DNA of 63,480 nt, filler included, from Octopus bimaculoides (lineage: Eukaryota): NCBI RefSeq assembly GCF_001194135.2. It is 12 parts of 9 records of this genome, joined end to end, with 100 filler letters (N's around TTAATTAATTAA, not from the genome) between each part and the next. Parts side by side here need not be neighbours in the genome. Positions count along the whole stretch, not along the records: positions 27,139 to 34,519 come from NC_069005.1; positions 34,620 to 36,271 come from NC_068996.1; positions 36,372 to 49,523 come from NC_068997.1; 9 more parts are not named here. One strand, given 5' to 3'. This document shows positions 27,449 through 41,276 of this stretch, piece by piece (position 1 is the stretch's first letter; every line of letters begins with the position of its first letter). Below the pieces are notes generated by a model. It was not told the origin of the DNA. It ran no database searches and worked only from the letters and a program-made list of their open reading frames with translations. Position numbers and translations under genes: made by a program.

Positions 27449-27748
27449 ATCCCTAGCCTTACATGATAGACACGGATTGGAGTTTTTGGGTGGTTACCCG
27501 TTCTCAGCGTGTATTAATCCCCAGTTACTGATGAAAACTCACCCCACTCGCAAAATACTATACAGCTCAGAGATTTATTATACATTATTTCTCCCTTATC
27601 GAGGTCAGCGACGGTTCGTCGCTGGACAAAGCATATAGTATTTTGCGAATGGGGTGAGTTTTCATCACTAGCTGGTGATTAACATATACTGAGGACGGGT
27701 AACCAGCCAGAAACTCGAATCCATGTGTATCACGTAAGGCTAGGAATG
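27449..27748. mobile_element. Inverted-repeat element with two divergent family-B hammerheads
   Basis: Arms 27449-27562 and 27634-27748 are reverse complements. HHR motifs at 27470-27512 (-) and 27682-27728 (+). Confidence 0.75.
27682..27728 (+). ncRNA. Minimal hammerhead, family B
   Basis: acatata-CTGAGGA-c-ggg taacca gcc-a-GAAA-ctcgaa-TC^catgtgt. Confidence 0.65.
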
Positions 27749-28147
27749 NNNNNNNNNNNNNNNNNNNNNNNNNNNNNNNNNNNNNNNNNNNNNNNNNNNN
27801 NNNNNNNNNNNNNNNNNNNNNNNNNNNNNNNNNNNNNNNNNNNNNNNNNNNNNNNNNNNNNNNNNNNNNNNNNNNNNNNNNNNNNNNNNNNNNNNNNNNN
27901 NNNNNNNNNNNNNNNNNNNNNNNNNNNNNNNNNNNNNNNNNNNNNNNNNNNNNNNNNNNNNNNNNNNNNNNNNNNNNNNNNNNNNNNNNNNNNNNNNNNN
28001 NNNNNNNNNNNNNNNNNNNNNNNNNNNNNNNNNNNNNNNNNNNNNNNNNNNNNNNNNNNNNNNNNNNNNNNNNNNNNNNNNNNNNNNNNNNNNNNNNNNN
28101 NNNNNNNNNNNNNNNNNNNNNNNNNNNNNNNNNNNNNNNNNNTATAT

Positions 28148-28196
<49 letters not shown>

Positions 28197-28827
28197 CTTT
28201 ATATATTCTTTCTTTTACTTGTTTCAGTCAACTGACAGCAGCCATGCTGGAGCACCACTTTTTTATTCGAGCAAATAGACCCCAGATCTTATTCTTTGTA
28301 AGCCTAATCTTCTCTACTAAAGGTACAAAGCCTAAAATTTTAGGTGAGATTACACCTACCCTAGTACACAACTGGTACTTAATTTATCGATTCCGAAAGG
28401 ATGAAAGACAAAGTCGACCTCGGCGGAATTTGATCTTAGAACGTAGTGACGGGCGAAATACTGCTAAGCATTTCGCCCGGCGTGTTAGCGATTCTGCCAC
28501 CTCACCACCCTCAAATCTGTAAATAATCATAATAGTATTTGATAAGCTTAATGTAGATAAGCGATCATCGTACATTTTCTAGTGTAAATAGTCTAATATT
28601 GTAGCATAAAAGTCCCCGACGGAAAAAGCCCTCTCGTCGAGGGCTTACATGCCCAATATTAGACTATTTACCTTCGTCAATGCATTGTGATCGCTTATAA
28701 GCTTGAAGCTTATAAATTATCATCATTATTATTTACGTTTTTCTGTTGGGGGTTTATATGCTCTAGTATTAGACTATTTACCTTAGTCAATGCACGGTGA
28801 TCGCTTATAAGCTTTAAACTTATAAAA

Positions 28828-28896
<69 letters not shown>

Positions 28897-28904
28897 CATT
28901 CAGT

Positions 28905-30302
<1,398 letters not shown>

Positions 30303-30911
30303 NNNNNNNNNNGTGCATGGCATCAAAGTGACACTGGGGTAAAATATACGAAGCTCATATCATGACTACTCGTCTGATAAGGGTACACCAGGCACATGCA
30401 TCACAACCATATGTGCGCAACATAGTGATCTCATATCAAGATAAACAGTGTACGACCTTGCAGGTGGGGCCCAGTTAGAATTTTCTTCAGGTTGAGTAAC
30501 CCATCTCACTTAAATGGTCCTTGAATAAGGATTTTTTAAGGGTGTTGAACGAAATACCCATGTTTCCAGAGGTGAATTATCTAAAGTCCAAAGAATTCCT
30601 CTAAACACATGGCTATGATGCTCCCCCACTAATTCTGCTCGTGACCAGAGATGAACATATCGTCAACTACTTAGGGACATGCTCAACTGACTAAGTTAAA
30701 ACAACTGGCAGGCAAATCCGTGGTGGTGAGCAGAATATTTGCTGTAGCCCATCTTTTATATCAAGACAAAACAATGTACTTGATAAGACTTCCCATCAGT
30801 TAAGATGAGAATCCATGAAAGCCACTGAATTAACCATAAAACCGTGTGGATACAAAAAATTTAAGGTCAACAGCAACAACATTTATATACAATTTACAAG
30901 CCCGCTCTTTA

Positions 30912-31720
30912 TGACCTCCACATTCGTTAAGGCGGAGGTATTGTTTCAGTTGTGTTTGTTAGTTTGTTTGTTTGTCCGTGGACAAGATATCTCAAGAACT
31001 GCTGGACAGATTCGAATAAAACTTTCGGGATGTTTGACATCGTGACTGTTAAAAACTGATTAGATTTTGGGATCGATCCGATACAGGACAAGGATTCTGG
31101 ATTATTTGTTATATTTACTTTATGTGATTACGATTTTACGTTCACTTTCAAGTCTTTCTCAATTATCTCCCTTTAGGCTGTTTCCAAAGTTTTATTTTCG
31201 TTTCTCTATTATTAATTTTATTTGCGTCTCTATCTTAGTAGAAACTGATGGATAAAGAACTAAAAATATATCTTATACATTATACATACGTCTTAACACT
31301 TCACAGTATACTTATATACATCTATACATCGATACTAAAGCAAGGCCGGAAATTAAGAGAAGAGAAAACCAAATGGTCTCAGGCTATTCATTAAAAAATT
31401 CCTGAGTAGAACTTTGAAACTATTTTGAATGATGAATTTGTTAACTTTGGCTTGTATTAGATAATCATAAACTATTTACTACTGTTACTAAATTTTCTAT
31501 AGCCACCTTCACATTCTATGACTACCATTGGGATCGATTAGGAACCGGAAAGGATTCTGAATTATTTTTCCGTTTGTTTTACTTAATTTTTCAGAGCGGT
31601 CAGGTTTTTAATATATTTTTAGTATTCTCGCTTGTGAGAGCAATCGAATTTATTTCAGATACTCACATTTTAAAAATCATCTCTAGATAATCATTGGTGT
31701 TGCCTTGGCGTGGATTTGCG
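30912..31720 (+). mobile_element. Probable Helentron-associated (HINE/DINE-1-like) non-autonomous element
   Basis: 5' acctcc...aaggcggagg, then a (GTTT)n tract and ccgtggacaagatatctc. 3' gccttggcgtgg partly complements the 5' subterminal repeat. Confidence 0.5.
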
Positions 31721-31865
31721 ATGTGAACACACAGGCGGTTTAAGTTGTTTTTTGTTGTGTTAGACGTAAGTCATTAGTGTTAAATATTTGTTTGATTGAT
31801 CGTTACTGTTCAAATTGTTGCTAGTGTTATTTTGAATTGTTGTTTTTTTCCCATTGTAGGAAGAA

Positions 31866-32810
31866 AGGAGAAAATGCCAGCAGGTGGCCACAATTATGCG
31901 GCTGCAACTGGAAAAGCGATAGACGTGAAAACACTGGAGGTACGAGAAATAAAGGTTGAACCTCGAAAAATGAAGGAATGCGAGAAGTTGCTGGAAAGAG
32001 ACGGAAATACACTGAAATTAACACCGCCCGTGGAACTAACAACCAATGTAATGAAAAGAACGGTGATATATAAGACAATGAAGGATAGCAACAAGGAAAA
32101 TTGAAATAACGACAATAGAGACTATTGAAGAATGTTTGAAGAATATAAAAAGACTAACTACATTTATAACAAGAGGGAGAAAGTACGCTACTGTGGAGGT
32201 GCGTTTTGCATCAGAAGAGGAAGCAATTAAGCACTCCACAGAGGCAATAAGATCGGAAGAATGGGTACTTTTGCTATCATGCTGTGGCAAAAATGTGGTC
32301 AGGGTGCGAGTTGGCAAAGTGTCTCCAGAGCTGAAAGAAGCATGGCTGATTACAGTCATGATGTATGACAGGAATGAGAAGGCCAAGATACTGAAGGCCA
32401 CAAGAACCCAAAGAGTTAACTACTGGGGATATGGAATGGAGTTAATCGTTCAAGCAACAGTGGAAGACCTAAACAGAATTGTCGAAAAGATAGTGCTGCC
32501 CGATGACGGATTGAGAGTGGTGGTGGAGGGTAGGCCGCCTATATGTTATACATGTGGGGAAAAGGGCCACATGAAGGCGAGGTGCCCCAGAGGGAACAAC
32601 AAATAGAGCAGACGGAGAGTCAGGAGAGCACGGACCAGGAGGTACAGGTCGAGATAAAGGAGAAAGCAACGGAGGAGGGGTTCACGGTGTTTAAAAACAG
32701 GAAGAGAGGTGGGGGAGTGAGCTCTCCGCCAGACCAGAGCAGCAGAAAAAGACGAATGAAGAGATGGAAAAGGGGGAGACCAGAAGGAAGGAAGACTTAC
32801 CCCCTCCCCT
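31866..32810 (+). mobile_element. LINE ORF1 (gag-like, CCHC zinc knuckle), Tx1/L1-like, frameshifted
   Basis: VVVEGRPPICYTCGEKGHMKARCP (CX2CX4HX4C) followed by a K/R/E-rich tail. There is a frameshift or stop near 32100. Confidence 0.75.
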
Positions 32811-34646
32811 GAAATCCATTTGTGAAGGCGCGTGGTCGTGCGGTAAGCGTGTTCGGCTTCCAATAGTAATGTCGTAGTTTCAGTTACTGGACTAGGCGGG
32901 TATTGAGTCCTTGAGCAAGGCATTCCTCTCACTTTATTCGAACCTACGTGTCTGAATTGGCGCTACCCTCTTCTCTCACTCCCAGTTGTTACATGAAGGG
33001 TCAAAGTTTGGAAGAGTGGAGAGGATATCTGCTCGCAACTACACAAGTACCTAAAACAATTACGAAAGCACGTTACAAGTTACCAAGTTGTATTCCTTCG
33101 CAGGTGATGGGCTGGCCCTTATTTTCAAATTATTGTAATAATTATTCTGTATTTTCAATCTATTCTATGTTGTAAATTAATGTGAGTTTATGAATAAAAA
33201 AGGATGGAATGAAGCTGTAAAGGAAATGATATACAATGAGAGGTGGTAGTGATGTTGGTAGTAGAACCTTAACTTCTGATGTAGTCGTAGGAGTGCCGTT
33301 GTGATATACGGTGTGCCTTGGGTGCATTTTCTTAAAAGCCTGGTCAGCCCATCCATTTTTAAGTTTGAACACAATCGATTTGTTCCAGACCAAAAAAAAA
33401 AAAAAACGGGAAAGTTAGTGAGAGAGAAGAAGAATTGGTCTCAGAAACGATATTTTATTTATCGAGCCCGAAAAAGATGCAACATAAAGATGACTTTGAC
33501 GTGACAACAGAGATCCAGAATCAGTATCGCTAGACATTATATCCTACTCTGTATCAACTCAGTCAAATTGCTGTTTTTGTACAATAAATGACATTACATA
33601 AAAAGGGAATTTGTGATATACGATAAAATAAAAATATAAAATAATGACAAGCTAAACCCTGATGTATGAGAAAAATGTGAGTAAAAAACGGAAGGTTTAT
33701 ACATACATCTACACTAAAAAATAAAAACTTGCCTATTAGTTAGTTAAAAATATGTTTCTTTCAATAAAAGAAAGCAATTATTAAGGTTCGTATCTACACT
33801 GTTTAGAAAATTCTTCTAAATTCCAATTTAATTATTAAAAAAAATATTAAAATGTGGTTTTCAAAATCTTTTATAATTTACGATTTCAACCTTACAATTT
33901 AAACACAAAACTAATTTTTATTCATTGCTATATATTCATTTCCCACTGCAAGAGATCCCTTTTAACATCTCTGTTTGTACTTCTGGAAATATTGTATAAA
34001 GGTTTAAAGTTGTCCAAATATTTGCAACGCCATTTTCTACGGAAAAATTTCTCCAAAGTAAATGTTAAATACTGAGTCAGCTAACTTATGTTCGTATTTC
34101 TATCCTTTTCATATTTGTTAGATATTGTTCATGAAATAGGAAGCTGAATAAGAAAAGTGATTTTATTCTATTCATGTCAATTGTACCAAATATAAACTTG
34201 TTATTTTGAATATAAATAACACGTACAAACTAGTAGAGGTTTGGTATACTTGGTGTAAAAAGTGCGTCAGAAATAAAACATATTTTATACCTCATATACT
34301 TGTTTGTCATTGGACTGCGGTCATGGTGTAGCACCTCCTTGAAGGGTGCTTTAGTCAAACAAATCGACCCAAGTACTTAGCTTTCAAATCTGGTACTTAC
34401 TTTATCGGTGTATTTTGATGAACTGCTAAGTTAAATGAAGTAAACAAACCGACACATGTTTTCAAGAGGTGAGTGGTAGCAAGAACAGACACAAATGCAC
34501 ACACACACAACAGCACACANNNNNNNNNNNNNNNNNNNNNNNNNNNNNNNNNNNNNNNNNNNNTTAATTAATTAANNNNNNNNNNNNNNNNNNNNNNNNN
34601 NNNNNNNNNNNNNNNNNNNTTATTATTATTATTATTATTATTATTA

Positions 34647-34678
<32 letters not shown>

Positions 34679-34694
34679 GTCGTCGTCGTCGCCG

Positions 34695-34728
<34 letters not shown>

Positions 34729-34738
34729 TATCATCATA

Positions 34739-34797
<59 letters not shown>

Positions 34798-34828
34798 TAT
34801 TATTATTATTATTTATTGACTTTTTCAA

Positions 34829-35227
34829 GCTTCACTTGAAAAGGAAAGTGAGGGTGGGGAGGAGGTACTGTCCTCGAGTGAATTTTTGAAAAGGTGTGTG
34901 AAAGTTACGAAGATGGCAAGAGTGGTTGGTACATCTCTCACAGTGTAGACCTGTGAGTCGGAAGAATGAATTTGGAGTGGGCTCTCGTCCTTGGTACTCA
35001 GGGTGATTTTGGATGGTGGGGGTTCCTTGCTTATCCCTAGAGGTCCTCCGAATGAGGGATCCACCACGATCACATTTTTTCTTGTGTCATATACAATGTA
35101 TATTTCTCTTCTTCTAATGTATACCGAGTATTCTTCATATTTTACCATTCCATTATATGCAAATCCACACACTTTGTGCCTGTCTTTGTATTGCCCCCTC
35201 ATCCTTCGCCATGGTGGCGAATAAAAG

Positions 35228-35228
<1 letters not shown>
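34829..35228 (+). mobile_element. 3' end of a Tx1/L1-like LINE with AATAAA and a (CAT)n tail
   Basis: Short ORF end EEVLSSSEFLKRCVKVTKMARVVGTSLTV*, a UTR, AATAAA at about 35219, then (ATC)n. Confidence 0.45.
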
Positions 35229-35295
<67 letters not shown>

Positions 35296-35345
35296 TTCAT
35301 CATCTTCATCATTATCATCATCATCAATTATTATTATTATTATTT

Positions 35346-36010
35346 ACTTTTAATCTGTATGTTTGTTAACAATCACTCGCCGAGACACACCCGGTGTCCT
35401 AGGGCAAGTGAAGGATAAGAGATGTGAAAATATGACTGAAAGTTTAGTGGAGGGCAAGTGCAGGGGCAGTAGCGAAATAGCTTCATGTAAAATCAACACA
35501 TGGATTTAAATGGATAAGGTTTTTCTAAGGTCGTGGGCAGTTCTTGTCAACACAATCTTTTGGATTTCTCTGAGACATGAATCTCCTCGGATATTATCTA
35601 GATGTTTCTGACATCCCTTTTTTTTATCATACCAAGGGCACCTCCAATAACAAGAACAGTTCGCGCATTAAGATGACCCCCTCTTTTTCTTTTTTTTTCT
35701 TCTTTGTATTTCAATTTCCAGGTCCTTATATCTACTTAATTTGTCAAATTCCCTTACAAATATATTTTCATCAGTGCGAACGCTTACATCTGTGAGTCTA
35801 CAAGTATTTTCTTCTGTATCGTTAATGAATATATCTGGTCGATTAGCCTTGATCGTTCTCTCGGTGTTGACTGAAAAATCCCAGCGGATACTGAATTTTT
35901 TACCTTCATTAACTGGCTCATGATGATGTTCATACCAGTAAGCAAGAGTGCTGAATTTGTACTGTTTACATATATTCCAATGTAAATACTCTCCTACTTT
36001 ATCGTGGCAA
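35346..36010 (-). mobile_element. R4/Dong LINE RLE domain and 3' UTR
   Basis: About 130 open codons: HDKVGEYLHWNICKQY..WDFSVNTERTIKANRPDIFI..DVSV..KLSRYKDLEIE..TAHDLRKTLSI*. The 3' end abuts (TAA)n. Confidence 0.9.
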
Positions 36011-38919
36011 TTTTTACATTCGTTTGTTGTTATTATTATTATTATTAGCTATCTCGTGAACAATATTTCGACATCTTGCGTGTCTTCCACTGGTTCAAAA
36101 AATAAATTTGTCAATCTACTTCATTTTCGTTTATATAGAAAGGATTGAGGTAACTCCTCCTGAAGATATAGAGTCAAAATTAAAAGAAGAGTGCCGTTTG
36201 CTATCTCGTGAACAATATTTCAGGAGGAGTTACTTCAATCCTTTCTATATAAACGAAAATGAAGTAGATTGNNNNNNNNNNNNNNNNNNNNNNNNNNNNN
36301 NNNNNNNNNNNNNNNTTAATTAATTAANNNNNNNNNNNNNNNNNNNNNNNNNNNNNNNNNNNNNNNNNNNNATATATATATATATATATATATATACATA
36401 CATGCATACATACATAGATACATTCATACATAGATACATTCATACATACATTCATACATACATACATACATACATACATACATGCATACGTACGTACGTA
36501 CATATATTGTTGTCAAATATATGCGTGTGTGTGTGTGTGTTTTGTACATGACTTTAGTACATGAGAAATCTGGGTTGTTCTTTGTAATACAAATTAATGG
36601 AATTTCCACAATCTCTATACTGCCTGCTTTGTAACACTCATTCGAAAGGTGGTTCGTTTTGATAAACCCTCCTACCTGTTGATTTGACTATATGATCGTC
36701 ATTGCTCGCACATTTGTTTTGCCGGGTGTGTCTAGCTAAACTATCAGCTCAAGACGTCCCAATTCCAAGTAGCAATTAAACAATGAGTAACTTTATTATC
36801 ATCGCAGCCATGTAGTTAAGGAGCTTGCTTCCCAAATGAATGAATTCTGGATTGATTCCCCTCGGTTCACCGAATTTTTGCGTATGATATTTAGTAGACC
36901 GACATCGTGAGAGCCTGTTGAAAAGTGAGATTTAGTACTTCCTTATTAGCTTCAATCTTTCAAGCATTTTCGCACCATCACTTGGACCATGAGCATGTGT
37001 TATGATATGACCACGTGACCATTCACACCTCCGCAAATGTAGATATGTATTACACAAAGAATATGCACCTCCTCACCCACGATAACCACCCACACACACA
37101 ACCTCTCCACACACACTCAACACAACCTCCTCACACACAGAAACTTCCACACCCTCCCAACCACAGCCAAACTCATACCTTCTCAACTTCACGTTCTGTT
37201 CATTTCTACACGCTAACCTAAGTTGGACACAACTTGCATCAAGAGAGTTCCAACTGTGGCTAATTTTTGTACAATATTATTAAATAAACGTTGATATAGA
37301 GATGGCGGGGTTTGCTTTGAGAGCAATTTACTTGCTATTTCTAGCAAGGTGCACGACCCTGTCAATATTGCTGCTGTGTTCGCTTCTCTTCTGCCTCACA
37401 AAAACATCAAGGTGAAGTCAACGGGATCTTTCCATCTGCTAAAAATAGGAGGAAAATCTTCCTCAAATCGGTGCTCTGCATAATGTGACCCCAGACTCCT
37501 ACGTCGGAAAAAGACAGGATAATCACAGTTGGAATTGCTTGGAGTAAACCTAGGGTTAAACAACTTCAACAACAACTTCAACAAGAAAATAATTATTTTT
37601 TCGTTGTGTGTTTTTTTGTTTTTGTTCCGACGCATATAATTGCTTTGTGGCTTGTGTTAATGATATGATAACGAAATTATTTAAAGCAGAAAGAACCATT
37701 ACTTGTAAAGTCGATGAGAAGCGCCGCCAGTTAGCAGAATATTTTATATCAATATTAAAAGTTAGTGTGTCTTTGCTATATTTTCGGAATTTGTTCAAAA
37801 ATATTCTAGATTGTATGAGTTTAGGAAGACAGTATTGGGCCAAAGTCGCTATGAACAGCCGTCATTATCATCATCATCATCATCATTGTCACCGCCATTG
37901 CTGTTATAATCGTCGTCATCATTACATTCACTATCTTTACTCCACCCCTTCTATTAAGGTCACCATAATCTACCCGTCGTCATCATCATCACTACCACCA
38001 ATACCAACAGCAGCAACACGAATACTTCCACCATCGTGACCACCACCACCACCATCTACAGCACAGCCATGGTCATCATTGCCTTTATCCTTACCGTAAC
38101 CATTACTACCATCGCTACCTTAATGACCTCATCGTCACCAGCACCGACGTGACTATCATCACTACCACTACAACCACCACCATGTTCACCACTACTAACA
38201 ACGCCATTACATACGCATACCATGTTCAAACTTGGATATTAAGTGTCACTTAACCATGGGATTAATGATGGACGAATTGTAACATAAAATTTCCTACGAA
38301 AATGGCGACGAATAACGTCTTTAGGAGAGGTTCTGCGGACATAAAACCTGACTATACATACAGAAACATCGTTAAATTAAAGTTAAATGTTCCAAGAAGT
38401 CTAAAGATGAAGGAGAGATAGAGAGAGAAATGAAGGAAAGAAAGAGAGAGCGAGGGTGAAAGAGATGAGGGCGGAAAGAAACACAGGAGTTGTTCTATTG
38501 TACAGAGGATATAAAATGAAGAGCAAAATAGTTAAAATTGAAATACAGTGGGATGTCTCATACGTAGTATAGTAAGTGGAAAAACTTCGATCAAACGACA
38601 GTATCTTAGCAATTAGTACACACAGCCTCCCTGTAGGAGTGTTTAAAATTAACAGCAACAGGCTAAGGCGATAACTTTAAGATTAGGTGATTTAAACTGT
38701 TGGACAATAGAGACAATGAAGATTGTCGTAGATGTGGAAGAAAGACGTGATGGTTGCCTTTTGTAAGAATAAAAACCATGTTTTGGTGTTATAAAACCTT
38801 TTCAAACATATTCTACTCGAAAAGACTAATACTGATCTATATATATATATATATATATACATATATATACGCACAAACAAATGCATACACACACACAAAC
38901 ATACATATATGTATTATGC

Positions 38920-38956
<37 letters not shown>

Positions 38957-39050
38957 ATAATCAAGGATAAAATCTTTATGAGATTTTATGGAATAGCCAG
39001 TATGTAATAAACCATATCGGTAATAATCAATACAAGTATATATAATCACA

Positions 39051-39700
39051 TATATATAATTATAATAATAAGGACACTAATGAATAGTGCCACATGCTAG
39101 AAATAGACGCCAAATGGCTTTAAGAACTAGAATTACTTACTCCATCAGCACGGATTGAAAGCGAGGAAAGTGAATAAGATGTCTTAAAAGATTTCTGGTT
39201 TAGAGATGTATAATCAACTTTCATCAGTATATTTTGACCAATTGTACATAATTATAAACATATATACATATCAATACGAATATCACGTATCCCGCATTTA
39301 TATACGAGCTAAATCTAATTTATACACCTCAACACGTGCATATACGATCGAAAATAATACCGCAGTAACCATTCTGGTCGGAGCAATTTGTATTTATTTA
39401 TTTAACAATCAAGGATAAAGTCTTTATAAGATTTTATCAAGAAGCGATATTCGTATAGGTATGTATAAATGTTTACAATTATGTACAATTGGTCAAACTA
39501 TACTGATGAAGGTTGGAGGTTTTACATCTCTAAACCATAAATCGATCTATAGTTAAAACTCTTTTAAGAAATCTTATTCACTTTCCTCGCTTCCAATCCG
39601 TGCTAATGGAGCGATTAACTGTAGTTCTTAGAGCCACTTGGCGTCTATTTCTAACATGTGTTGCTACTCATTAGTGCCTTTATTATTATAATTATATATA
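39051..39700. mobile_element. Inverted-repeat element with two divergent family-C hammerheads
   Basis: Arms 39051-39284 and 39446-39700 are imperfect reverse complements. Confidence 0.8.
39496..39554 (+). ncRNA. Minimal hammerhead, family C (G12 changed to U)
   Basis: aactata-CTGATGA-a-ggtt..aacc-a-TAAA-tcga-TC^tatagtt. Stem I is a perfect 7 bp and stem III is the palindrome ATCGAT. Confidence 0.7.
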
Positions 39701-39769
39701 TATATATAAACTCTTTAACTCTTCAATTTGTCTCAGCTTTAAAGCTGCAGTCATGCTGGGGCACCACCG

Positions 39770-40660
39770 TTGGCTGTACTTCACCTTCATTATTTGAAAC
39801 CTCTTCTAATATGCGGTATTTGGTGAATGTGGAACTTTGATGCTGCTGCTCTCATCTGTATTTCCTACCATGAGGTAGGCTCATCTGGAACCAACATGCA
39901 GATCTCTCCGGTATTTTGGAAGGATATTGAAGAGCTGTGGGCCCTTGAAACCCAAGCTGTTTCAGTATCTAGTCCTGTATTTTGATGGTAATTGTGAGAT
40001 CTTTGGCCTTATGCAGTGGTACCCTATTCAGTTATTTGTGTAACTTTCAATGCCAAAGTTTTTGCAAGGCTTTCCAGGATTTTCCAGATGTATATCACTG
40101 CATATCTATCCCGCCTTCGTTCGAGGTAGAAGAGTCTTAACTCTTTCAGCCTTTCCCAGTAGTTGATACGTTGCATTGAGACGATTTTCTTTGTGTAACT
40201 TCATTGGATTGGTTCGAGTTCCACCGCGAATTTTATACTGTATGGTGACCACAGCTGGGAGCAGTAGTCCAAGCGTCTAAGAGCATATGCCCTCCAAAGG
40301 ACCATCACAGTTTTTCCTGTTTTGAAAGTTCGGAGGATCCATCCAGGTAGCCGTCTGCATTATCTTGCCAAATGAGTAATATGCGTCTTTATTCATGTCA
40401 ATGCCCAGGTTTGATCCTCTTTGAGGATCTCTTTATCAATCGACTTCTAATTAGTTTTATGAAAATTCAGATTGGAGAGATTTCAGGTGCTTCGTATAGG
40501 GCGTATATCTGTAGGGGCTTTTGGTCCATATGTTTGTTATGTTTTGATCCGAGACTAGTGTCATTACCACTTTCACATTATGGCTGACGTCCATATTGTT
40601 TATGAAGCAGAGATCCAGTATATTATTCGCCGTCGCTGGTTGCAGCACAATTTTCTCCAT
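39770..40660 (-). mobile_element. CR1-group LINE, internally deleted (APE C-terminus plus RT C-terminus)
   Basis: NNILDLCFINN..SDQN; then GWILRTFKT..LDYCSQLWSPY..YWERLKELRLFYLERRRDRY. Confidence 0.85.
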
Positions 40661-40732
40661 GAATAATTATGATATTATAGTATATTTATTTATAATATAT
40701 ATAATAGGTGCGGAATGGCTGTGAGATGAGAA

Positions 40733-40884
40733 GGCGCAGGTGTGGCTGTGCAGTAAGAAGCTTGCCTCCAAACCATATGGTTGCGAGTTCAGTCCAATTG
40801 GGCAAGTGTCTTCTACTATATACTCGGACCGACCAAAGCTTTGTAAGTGTATTTGGCTGGACAGAAACTGAAAAAAGCCCGTCA

Positions 40885-40938
<54 letters not shown>

Positions 40939-41166
40939 TGTTTGTGTCTGTGTGTGAATGTATTTGTGTGTGTTTGTGTCTGTGTTTGTCCCCCGCCCCC
41001 ATCGCTGGTGTTGGTATGTTTATGTACTCATAACCTAGAGGTTCGGCAAAGGAGACCAATAAAATAAGTACTGAGGTATATTCGTTCAACTAATATCCCT
41101 TCAAGGTGGTGCTCCAGCATGGCTTCAGTGAAATGACTGAAACTAGTAAAAGAATAAAAGAATAAA
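40733..41166 (+). mobile_element. Near full-length SINE family 1
   Basis: ggcgcaggtgtggctgtg head, B-box-like gagttcagtcc, internal (TG)n, tail gtaaaagaataaaagaataaa. Confidence 0.85.
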
Positions 41167-41229
41167 GGATTAATATATATATATATGTATATGTTGTTGT
41201 ACTTGGGGATGGTCATATTGCCAGTTTAG

Positions 41230-41276
<47 letters not shown>

